A stretch of 64,000 nucleotides of DNA from an uncultured Oscillospiraceae bacterium (lineage in GTDB: Bacteria > Bacillota > Clostridia > Oscillospirales > Oscillospiraceae): the NCBI GenBank assembly GCA_964395795.1, contig CAYNBS010000002.1, positions 51,293-115,292 of the forward strand. The letters run 5' to 3'. Every line of letters starts with the position of its first letter. The first letter of the stretch is position 1. Positions 44,546 to 52,900 of this stretch are shown in pieces. The translations under genes were made by a program, and so were the position numbers. The notes under the pieces were generated by a model. It had not been told where the DNA came from and did no database searches. It saw only the letters and a list, made by a program, of their open reading frames with translations.

Positions 44546-45541
44546 ATGCCCTATGACGGAAAACTCCTGGCCCGTGCCAGGGAACAACTGGAATTGCGCC
44601 GGGCGGCCAATCAGGCCGAGCAGCAGCGCAGGCTGAGCGCGGCCTACGCCCGCGTGCCTGAGATCCAGCATATTGACAACCAGATGCGCGTACAAATGAC
44701 GGAGCTGGTGCGCCTGACCCTGTCCCACCGCGGGGACTTGACGGAGCGGATCGAGCAGCTGAAGAAGGACAATCTGGAGCTGCAGGCCCGCCGGGCCGAG
44801 CTGCTGGTGGAGCAGGGCTGGCCCATGGAATTTCTGGACGAGATCTGCTCCTGCCCCAAATGCCGGGACACCGGCATCTACAACGGCGCCCCCTGCGAAT
44901 GCCTGCACAAGCTCTATAACCAGGAGCTGACGAAGGAGCTGGGCGTTCTTCTGCGCAGCGGAGACGAGAGCTTTGACCGCTTTGATCTCACCCTCTACAG
45001 CAGCCAGCCTGACGCGAGCGGGATCCCCCCGCGGGAGAACATGGCGCAAGTGCTGGCCGCCTGCAAAAAGTTTGCCGCCAACTTCCCCCAGGTCTCCACG
45101 AACCTGCTGCTGCAGGGGGACACGGGCCTGGGCAAGACCTTTCTCTCCGCCTGCATCGCCCGGGAGGTGGCCGAAAAGGGCTATTCCGTGTGCTACGACA
45201 GCGCCGGCGCGGCGCTGGACGCCTTTGAGAAGCAGAAATTTGCCCGGGACGGGGAGGAAGCCGAAAACGCCGCCCGCCGGGTGCGCCGGATGCTGGAATG
45301 CGACCTGATGATCCTGGACGATCTGGGCACCGAAATGGGCACCTCCTTCTCCATCAGCTCCCTCTACTCGCTGCTGAACACCCGCCTGGTCAACCAAAAG
45401 CGCACCATCATCTCCACCAATTGCACCTGGGAGGAGCTGCAGCGCCGTTATACGCCGCAGATCTGCTCCCGGCTGGAAGGAGAGTTTCTGTGTCTGCCCT
45501 TTACGGGCACGGATATCCGCCGCCTGCGGCGGGATCGCTGA
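44546..45541 (+). CDS. DnaC/DnaI-like helicase loader ATPase
   Basis: Zinc module CPKCRDTG..CEC, Walker A GDTGLGKTFL and Walker B LMILDDLG. Confidence 0.8.
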   Translation: MPYDGKLLARAREQLELRRAANQAEQQRRLSAAYARVPEIQHIDNQMRVQMTELVRLTLSHRGDLTERIEQLKKDNLELQARRAELLVEQGWPMEFLDEICSCPKCRDTGIYNGAPCECLHKLYNQELTKELGVLLRSGDESFDRFDLTLYSSQPDASGIPPRENMAQVLAACKKFAANFPQVSTNLLLQGDTGLGKTFLSACIAREVAEKGYSVCYDSAGAALDAFEKQKFARDGEEAENAARRVRRMLECDLMILDDLGTEMGTSFSISSLYSLLNTRLVNQKRTIISTNCTWEELQRRYTPQICSRLEGEFLCLPFTGTDIRRLRRDR

Positions 45542-45571
45542 GAGCCTGACGAAAAAAGGCAGTTTTTCTGC

Positions 45572-45600
45572 TTGTAATCCTTTCTGCGCTGCGCTATAAT
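45572..45600 (+). promoter_or_regulatory. SigA-type promoter
   Basis: TTGTAA, a 17-nt spacer, then TATAAT. It lies 38 nt upstream of ATG 45638. Confidence 0.45.
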
Positions 45601-45637
45601 TGATTAGAATTTTTGAAACATATTTGGAGGTTCCCCC

Positions 45638-46519
45638 ATGGCCACGACATACAGACGCCGCTACGGCGACCGGAAGGAAGGGCGGCTGCTCCGCTCCCTG
45701 CCGGCTTTCAACAAGTTTATTCCCTTTATTATGCCCCAGCGGAACGACCGCTACGTCCACTATGAGGAGTCCATGGAGATCAGCGCCGTGGACCGCCGCC
45801 TCCGCGCGCTGCGGGTAGAGGGCTACAAAGGCATTGGCATGCTGCATTTCTTCATCGCCTGCCATATCCGCGCCATTTCCATGCTGCCGGGCATCAACCG
45901 CTTCGTGGTGGGCCGCCGGATCTACGCCCGCAACAACATCGAGATCGTCATGACCGTGAAGCGGGAGCTCTCCATTGACGCCACCGAGACCACCATCAAG
46001 GTCGTCTTCGAGCCCACGGACACCATCTTTGACGTCTATCGCAAGCTCAACGAGAAGATCGAGGAGATCAAGACCTCCGATGACAACAACGGCACCGAGA
46101 ATTTTGCCGAGACCGTATCCCACCTTCCCCGCTTCGTGCTGCGGGGCGCCATCCAGGTGCTGCGCATCATGGACTACTTTGGCTGGATCCCCCAGTCTCT
46201 GCTGGACGTGAGCCCCTTCCACGGCTCCATGATCATCACGGATCTGGGCTCCCTGCGCCTGGGTCCGGTGTATCACCACATCTACAATTTCGGCACGCTG
46301 CCGGTGTTCATCGCCTTCGGCCCCAAGCGTCGGGCCTATGAGCTGGACAGGAACGCCAACGTGGTGGAGCGCAAATATGTGGACGCCAAGGCCGTGGTGG
46401 ACGAGGGCATTGTGGACGGCCACTATTACGCCCAGTTCTTCCAGGCCTACCAGTACATGTTCGCCCATCCGGAAATCGTGGAAGCGCCCCCCTCCAGAGT
46501 GGTGGAGGATATCTTCTGA
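45638..46519 (+). CDS. 2-oxoacid dehydrogenase acyltransferase catalytic-domain-like protein
   Basis: 293 aa. N-terminal RRRYGDRKEGRLL and C-terminal ..AVVDEGIVDGHYYAQF resemble the CAT-like E2 catalytic fold, with a variant of the DHR..DG motif. Confidence 0.5.
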   Translation: MATTYRRRYGDRKEGRLLRSLPAFNKFIPFIMPQRNDRYVHYEESMEISAVDRRLRALRVEGYKGIGMLHFFIACHIRAISMLPGINRFVVGRRIYARNNIEIVMTVKRELSIDATETTIKVVFEPTDTIFDVYRKLNEKIEEIKTSDDNNGTENFAETVSHLPRFVLRGAIQVLRIMDYFGWIPQSLLDVSPFHGSMIITDLGSLRLGPVYHHIYNFGTLPVFIAFGPKRRAYELDRNANVVERKYVDAKAVVDEGIVDGHYYAQFFQAYQYMFAHPEIVEAPPSRVVEDIF

Positions 46520-46546
46520 TTTTCTTCTCCTTTCCTATCGCTAACA

Positions 46547-46582
46547 CAAGAGCCCCTCTGCCTGACGGCAGAGGGGCTCTTG
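46547..46582. terminator. bidirectional intrinsic terminator
   Basis: CAAGAGCCCCTCTGCC-tgac-GGCAGAGGGGCTCTTG (16-bp stem). Confidence 0.7.
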
Positions 46583-46656
46583 CGTTATCAATGCGGGCCG
46601 CAAGTGGGCCCTATGAGGAGACGGGGTCACCGGGGATCTGGGCACGAGCAGTTTTC

Positions 46657-47163
46657 TTACTTCTTCCCCAGGCCCAGAAGGTCCATGGCGCCGTCCAGCA
46701 GACTGCTGCCGCCCAGCAGAGACGAGAGCAGGCCCGCGGCCTCCGTCTTCTCCCCCTTCAGCAGCTTCACCGCCGCCTCCTTGGTTTCCTTATCCGCCGC
46801 CCGGTACAGCTCCACCAGCTTCTTCTCCGCAGCGTTGAGCTTGATTTCTTCGTCCTTCTTCGCGGCGGGCTTCTTGGCCCCATCTTTTTTCTTGCCGCTC
46901 TCGGTCTTCTTGGCCGTATCCTTTTTCTTGGCGGTCTCGCTCTTCTTGCCGCCTTGCTTCGCTGCGTTCAGCAAAGACGCCTGGGTCACGCCCGTGGCCT
47001 TGGCGATGGCCTTCAGCTGGGTCTGGGTCAGCTCCTTCTCCCCGCGCTCCGCCTTGCTGAGATCAGAGGCGCTGAGTCCGTCGATTTTCTTGGCCAGCTG
47101 CTCCTGGGTCAGCCCCGCGCCGGTGCGGGCTTCCTTGATCAGCGCGCCGACTTGATTTGCCAT
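46657..47163 (-). CDS. XRE-family HTH protein with Lys-rich tail
   Basis: Begins MANQVGALIKEARTGAGLTQEQLAKKI (HTH_3-like), followed by KK-rich low-complexity sequence and then a Gly/Leu-rich C-terminus. AGGAGGAA lies upstream of ATG 47163. Confidence 0.7.
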   Translation of the reverse strand: MANQVGALIKEARTGAGLTQEQLAKKIDGLSASDLSKAERGEKELTQTQLKAIAKATGVTQASLLNAAKQGGKKSETAKKKDTAKKTESGKKKDGAKKPAAKKDEEIKLNAAEKKLVELYRAADKETKEAAVKLLKGEKTEAAGLLSSLLGGSSLLDGAMDLLGLGKK

Positions 47164-47374
47164 AACGCTTCCTCCTTTATCTTGTATCTGCACGTTTTTT
47201 CCTTTTCATCCGTCAAAAAGATCATAGCATCTCGCACTTCCCAATGCAAGGAAAAACGGGAAAAGGCGGGAAAAATTGCCTTCGCCGGTATTCTTTTCCT
47301 CCGGCCTGTGTTATACTGATTATAATCCTGATGATACCGTGATTCTTTTGCGAAAACCGAGGGGAGGGGCTTGC

Positions 47375-49045
47375 ATGCAAAGACTCTATACCAAGGCCGG
47401 TCAGGAGCTTGCCGGGATTCCCTGGCAGCGTTATCCCCGGCCCCAGATGGCAAGGGAGGACTGGCTCTGCCTGAATGGAGAATGGGAGCTGGGCTTTGAC
47501 GGGAAAACCCAGGCCATTCGCGTGCCCTTCTGCCCGGAGAGTCTGCTCTCCGGCGTCGAGACCCCGCCCAAGCCGGGCACGGAGCTGCGGTATCGCAGGG
47601 TGTTTGTCCTGCCCGAGGGCTGGAGCGGTCGCCGGGTCCTGCTGCATTTCGGCGCTGTCATGCGGAAAGCCCAGGTGCTGGTAAACGGCCGGGAGCTGGG
47701 CAGCCACGAAAACGGCTACATTCCCTTTAGTCTGGACATTACCGCCGCGCTGAAGCCGGGGAAAAACGAGCTCAGCGTGGTCGCGGTCAATGACCTGAGC
47801 CACAAGCACCCCTGGGGAAAGCAGCGGGAAGATCGGGGCGGCATGTGGTATACGCCCTGTTCCGGCATCTGGCAGACGGTTTGGCTGGAGCCGGTGCCGG
47901 AGCTTTTCATCCGCAAGCTGGCCATCCGCACCGGGGCAGACTGGGCGGAGATCCGGGTCGATGGCGTCAGCGAGGGCTTTGTCCGCTTCAACGGCGTGGA
48001 CTACCCGCTGGAAAAGGGCCAGGCGCACATTCCGGTGGAGGACCCCATCCTCTGGTCGCCGGAAAAGCCCCAGCTCTATTCCTTCTCCGTCATCGCCGGG
48101 GAGGACAAGGTGGATTCCTACTTTGCCCTGCGGACCCTGAGCACCGAGATCGTGGGCGGTATCCCCCGGCTCTGCCTCAACGGCAAGCCCTATTTCTTCC
48201 ACGGGCTGCTGGACCAGGGGTATTGGAGCGACGGGCTGTATACCCCCGCCACGCCCATGGCTTATGTGCGGGACATCACCGCCATGAAGCGCCTGGGCTT
48301 CAACACGCTTCGCAAGCACATCAAAATCGAGCCGGAGCAGTTTTACTACGACTGCGATCGGCTCGGGATGATCGTATTCCAGGACATGGTGAACTGCGGG
48401 GATTACCGCTTCTTCCACGACACCGGCCTGCCCACGCTGAGCACGGCAAAGCGCTCGGACCTGAAATGGCACCGGGACCCGGAGCTGCGGGAAAATTTTT
48501 ATCAGGCCATGGACGACACCGTGGCGCTGCTGGAGAACCACCCCAGCATCTGCCTGTGGACGATCTTCAACGAGGGCTGGGGCCAGTTCAGCGCGGACGC
48601 CGCCTATTACCGGCTCCGCGCCCGGGACGGCAGCCGCTTCATTGACGCCACCTCCGGCTGGTTTCACCAGCAGGCCAGCGACGTGGACAGCCTGCACATT
48701 TATTTTCGCAAGCTGAAGCTGGGCAGCGAAAAGAAGCCCCAGCTGCTGTCCGAATTCGGCGGATACAGCTGCAAGCTTCCCGCCCATAGCTTTAATCTGG
48801 ACAAGACCTACGGCTATCGGAAGTGCCCGGACCGGGAGAGCTTTGTGCGCGACCTGCGGAAGCTGTATGAGCAGCAGGTGCTGCCGCTGATTCCCCGGGG
48901 CCTCTGCGGCGCGATCTACACCCAGGTCTCCGACGTGGAGGACGAGACCAACGGCCTTCTCACCTTTGACCGGGCGGTGGAAAAGGTCCGCCCGGAGGAA
49001 TTCGCGGATCTGGCGCCGCTGCTGCAAAAAGCGATCCAGGCTTAA
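47375..49045 (+). CDS. glycoside hydrolase family 2 protein
   Basis: Sugar-binding N-domain (LHFGAVMRKAQVLVNG), acid/base motif WTIFNEGWG and nucleophile region LLSEFGG. ATG 47375 chosen. Confidence 0.85.
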   Translation: MQRLYTKAGQELAGIPWQRYPRPQMAREDWLCLNGEWELGFDGKTQAIRVPFCPESLLSGVETPPKPGTELRYRRVFVLPEGWSGRRVLLHFGAVMRKAQVLVNGRELGSHENGYIPFSLDITAALKPGKNELSVVAVNDLSHKHPWGKQREDRGGMWYTPCSGIWQTVWLEPVPELFIRKLAIRTGADWAEIRVDGVSEGFVRFNGVDYPLEKGQAHIPVEDPILWSPEKPQLYSFSVIAGEDKVDSYFALRTLSTEIVGGIPRLCLNGKPYFFHGLLDQGYWSDGLYTPATPMAYVRDITAMKRLGFNTLRKHIKIEPEQFYYDCDRLGMIVFQDMVNCGDYRFFHDTGLPTLSTAKRSDLKWHRDPELRENFYQAMDDTVALLENHPSICLWTIFNEGWGQFSADAAYYRLRARDGSRFIDATSGWFHQQASDVDSLHIYFRKLKLGSEKKPQLLSEFGGYSCKLPAHSFNLDKTYGYRKCPDRESFVRDLRKLYEQQVLPLIPRGLCGAIYTQVSDVEDETNGLLTFDRAVEKVRPEEFADLAPLLQKAIQA

Positions 49046-49066
49046 GGCTTTTTGTATACCCATTTA

Positions 49067-49097
49067 GAAAACTCCCTGCCGAAGCAGGGAGTTTTTC
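49067..49097. terminator. bidirectional intrinsic terminator
   Basis: GAAAACTCCCTGC-cgaa-GCAGGGAGTTTTTC between convergent genes. Confidence 0.8.
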
Positions 49098-49099
49098 GT

Positions 49100-49777
49100 T
49101 TATTCCTTGTCCTGGTTGTCTTTCTCTGTGTTCGTCTGCTCCAGTTTTTTCTTCCGGAAGCCCAGGATAGCCGCAGCTGCAACTGCCGCACCACCCACAA
49201 TCAGGGCGATCATCCTGAAGTCGTGGCGCTGATTCTCAGACTCCTCTTCATCCGTCGGAACAGTCTCCCCATCTGGCACTTCCCCATCGGCACAGGGCAT
49301 GGGCGATTCATCTTCGTCTGCAGCCTCCGTAGGGGTGCTCTCTCCGTTCTGCTGCGGCACGGTCTCCGTGACAGAAACGCTGTCAAACACATCCGACCCA
49401 GAATCTTCCTCCGCAGGAGCTGTATCTATCTCCTCCAGCAGTTCTTCTGCAGTATAGGGATGATCTGTATTGGCGTTGAAGACCACCGTGATTCCTCCGC
49501 TCCCCTGATAATCCGTCACGGTGTCGGGAAGATACAGCTTCGTCACCGAGGTGCCGATAAAGGCATCCGGCGCCACAGCGTTTACCGGAGTATTGGCGAT
49601 AGACGCGGGGACGGTGACCTCTGTCTCCGTACCAAAGTATCCTACAATGGTAATGGAGCCGTCCTCCACCGTATAATAAAAGAAACCATCGTCGTAGACG
49701 GTGTCCTCCGCCTGAGCAACTCCGCCCAGGCCCGCCAGCAACAGCGCTGCCAGCAGCACAGCGTATATTCTTTTCAT
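49100..49777 (-). CDS. secreted BspA-type LRR-like protein with acidic linker and C-terminal TM anchor
   Basis: Signal peptide (AVLLAALLLAGLGGVAQA). FYYTVEDGSITIVGYFG..VTVPASIANTPVNAVAPDAF matches the LRR_5 pattern. C-terminal TM segment IALIVGGAAVAAAAILGF followed by RKKK. Confidence 0.6.
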   Translation of the reverse strand: MKRIYAVLLAALLLAGLGGVAQAEDTVYDDGFFYYTVEDGSITIVGYFGTETEVTVPASIANTPVNAVAPDAFIGTSVTKLYLPDTVTDYQGSGGITVVFNANTDHPYTAEELLEEIDTAPAEEDSGSDVFDSVSVTETVPQQNGESTPTEAADEDESPMPCADGEVPDGETVPTDEEESENQRHDFRMIALIVGGAAVAAAAILGFRKKKLEQTNTEKDNQDKE

Positions 49778-49796
49778 GTTGCTTCTCCTTTAGGCA

Positions 49797-49824
49797 AAGG
49801 GCAGGCAGATATCTGCCTGCCCTT
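49797..49824. other. 28-nt perfect palindrome / stem-loop
   Basis: AAGGGCAGGCAGAT|ATCTGCCTGCCCTT. It lies between the micro-ORF stop and the RBS of the LRR gene, with no clear U-tract on either strand. Confidence 0.6.
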
Positions 49825-49841
49825 ATCCGTTGTCTCTACGA

Positions 49842-49967
49842 TCACTTGAAATCGCCAGGATCCGAGATGCTCCAGGTATCTTCGCCAGAGTCGTCGGAGG
49901 GGATAATCACATCACCTGCGGGCATCAGGATCACTTCCATGAAAGCATCCACATAATCCTTTTTCAT
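49842..49967 (-). CDS. 41-aa acidic micro-protein, translationally coupled to the S8 protease gene
   Basis: Below the ORF-track cutoff. Sequence is MKKDYVDAFMEVILMPAGDVIIPSDDSGEDTWSISDPGDFK. GAGGAGG lies 7 nt upstream and overlaps the protease stop codon. Confidence 0.4.
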   Translation of the reverse strand: MKKDYVDAFMEVILMPAGDVIIPSDDSGEDTWSISDPGDFK

Positions 49968-49979
49968 CTTGTTGCCTCC

Positions 49980-52900
49980 TCAGGGTTGGTAATCATAGTC
50001 CAGGATCTCGTCTGAATAGACATAGTACAGCTTACCGTCCAGCCGGATCGCCGCATAGGCACGCCCGTACATATGCATCGCCTTCGAGAGCGTCATAGTG
50101 GCATAGTACTCGCCGAACAGGCCAGTCTGTTTTGCAGTATAACGCTTGGATCCATACGAGTCAAGTACAAAATTCTGCTGCAGTTCCTCAAGGGTCATGG
50201 TCTGCAGAGCGGCGTTGTTGCTGATGATGATGCCGCTCTCCTCCACCGTATAGCCCTCCGGGATGCTGCGCATGGAGTAGAAGGCCAGCTTGAAGGCGCC
50301 ATCCTCCGTGATGGGCACCAGATCCGTCATGGTCATGACGGCAGTGGGCTCCACGCTCTGGCCGTACACGGCGGTCACTGTCAGCTCCTGCGTCACACGG
50401 AACATCAGAGTCGGGCTGTAGGACACGATCTTGCCCCCGATCATCCAGTAGGAGAAGCTGCCCAGAGTCTCGTCCGCCTGGAGGGTGAACCTGTCACCGT
50501 AGGTGGCGCTGATCTCCTGCTCCTCGGAATTGATGTTGTTGACCAGAGTGATGACACGCGTCTCACCGGTGAAGGCATAGGTGGGATAGACCACCACGCG
50601 GCTGGCATTGGCCATGGCGCCCTTGATCTCCGCCTCCGTCATGCTCCAGCCGGTGAACACGCGGCCCACGCGAGAGGGTGCGATGGGGAAGACGATGGTC
50701 TCATCACCGGTGTAGTAGTGGAAGGAGAGAACCTGCCCATTGCTTGCGGAGTTCAGGAACACAACCAGCGCCTCATCCGCAGAGGTGTCCGCATCAGAGG
50801 TCACAGCATGCAGTTCCGTGTTGGCGATCATAGTAAAGGAATAGGACGGGCTGGTACTGACGATTTTTCCGGAGGCATTGATCCAGTACAGGAAGGTCTC
50901 ATCGCTGGTTCCCACAAAGTTCACGGTCACATCGGAATTGCCGGTGTAGGTATCCTTGAAGTAGGTACGCTGAACGGCGCTCATGCTGCTGATGGTGAAC
51001 TTGGAGCCGGTGATGGTCAGGCTGAAGGAGCTATCGCCATTTATCACATACAGCGCCACAAAGTTGGCGTCTTCCGTGGCTCCTTCGGGAGCGGTGTAGG
51101 TGTAAGTCAACTGATCGCTGACCTTCTCATCGTCCCGATACCAGCCGTCGAAGATGTACCCGGCAACATTGACGGCCTCCAGGGTGGTGGCCTGCCCGTA
51201 GTACAGCTTTCCGCCGCCCTTGACGAAGGCCACCGTGGGGCCGTCCAGGGTGCCGCCTGCGGAGGTCGCGGTAACGGTCACGCCCATGCGCTCATGGCAG
51301 GTATCGCAGAACAGATCGCCATTGGCATCCACATGATCGTGGGCATTCTGCACTTCCCGGGTGTCGGTGTAGGTCTTGTCCTCCAGCTCGACTTTGGCCG
51401 TGTAGGTGATGGTGCCGTCCTTCTGCTCGCTGGTCGCGGTGGCGGTCAGCTCTTCGGTGTGCTCGGGGTTGTTGCGGCACACGAAGGAAGCCGTGGCGGC
51501 GCTGTAATCCTCCGCCCACTCCCAGGTGGGTTCCGCCCAATCGTGGCCCGTGCCCGGGATGATGAGGCCTTTGTCTTCTTTGATGTTAAGCTCGTCGTTG
51601 CGCTCCAGCGTGGTGATTTCACCTTCGCTGTCCTCGCAGTCGGCAGTGAAGCGGACGGTGACGATGGGCGAGGCGCTATCGATATAGTCCTCCGCCTCGG
51701 AGCCGCCGCCCTTGTTGGCGTAGGCGATGGTGATGATGCCCGTCTCCTCATCCACATGGACGGAGACCGCGCTGATCTGCGCATTGATCTCCAGGCTCTG
51801 ATAGCTCACAGACGCGGGATCATAGACCAGGGAGATCCGGCCGTTGTGGCTGTCCTCCTCGTACACGTCCAGGGAGATCTGCTTGGGCTCATCCTCAACA
51901 TGCATGTCGGCGCTGGCCGTTTCGGGATCCACAGTGGGCAGGATGGCGGCGGCGCTGTTGCCGCGGAAAGCCATCAGGCTGCCGGTGTAGGCGTCGGTTC
52001 CCTCGCCCTCCGCAGGCGCGGGCTCCTCGATGGCTTCCTCCACAGGCTCTTCCGCAGGCGCAGGCTCCTCGGTGGGCTGGGTCTCCGCGGAAGGCTCCTC
52101 TGCAGGCGGCTCTTCGGTCAGCTCCGGCTGGCGGATGACCACATAGGAGCCGAAGAGGGCAAACTCATCGGTGATGCGCTCTATGACGTCCTCGGTCATC
52201 AGCTCGGCATAATTTGCCACCGGCTCCAGATCCAGGGTCATCGCAGGTGCATCGCCGACGCTGGCAGGCGCCAGGGTCTCCCTGACATGCAGGCCGGCTA
52301 CGGGCCACACGCCCTCGCCGAAGTTGCCTGCGTGGTAGACATTTCTGGTACTGGGCGAGATGACGATCAGCTCGGTCACCGTATTGGTCTTGTGCGACCA
52401 GTAGAGATAGGTTCCGTCGTAGTAAATCGACTGATAGAGGAAGGAGGTGGAGATCCCCGTATCCACTACCAGGGTCGGGTTGCTGAAGCTTGCGTCTTTA
52501 TTCTGAAGGGTCAGCGTGGTTTCCCAAATCTTGCCGGTCTCATCCAGGAAGTAGAAGCTGGATTTGTTACCGTCGAAGGTCTTGGCGCAGACGCCGGCCA
52601 CATAGGCATCGCCCACACTGGTGTTGGCCAGCTTCAGCAGTCCGTAAGGATATCCGGTGTAGTATTCGCCGGTGCCCACATTGCTTCCGCTCTCGTCCTT
52701 CACCTCATCCTCTTCCGGATTCAGGTTGCCGAAGACCAGGTACTTGGTATAGCCATAGACAAAGTAGTTGGGGAGCGAATTGGAGGCCCGGGCCATGCCG
52801 AAGGCCGGGAGATAGTTGTTGCTATACCAGGTCAGCGCATAGTTGCTGCTATCGAAGGTATAGAGCTCGGTGGTAGCGTCGCCGGAATCCAGGGTGCCGG

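Noticed and set aside
43608-45541. The DnaD-domain plus DnaC-like ATPase pair as a possible prophage or plasmid replication module
   Set aside because: Their composition matches the host, no phage, plasmid or recombinase genes are nearby, and such pairs are the normal chromosomal helicase-loading genes of Firmicutes.
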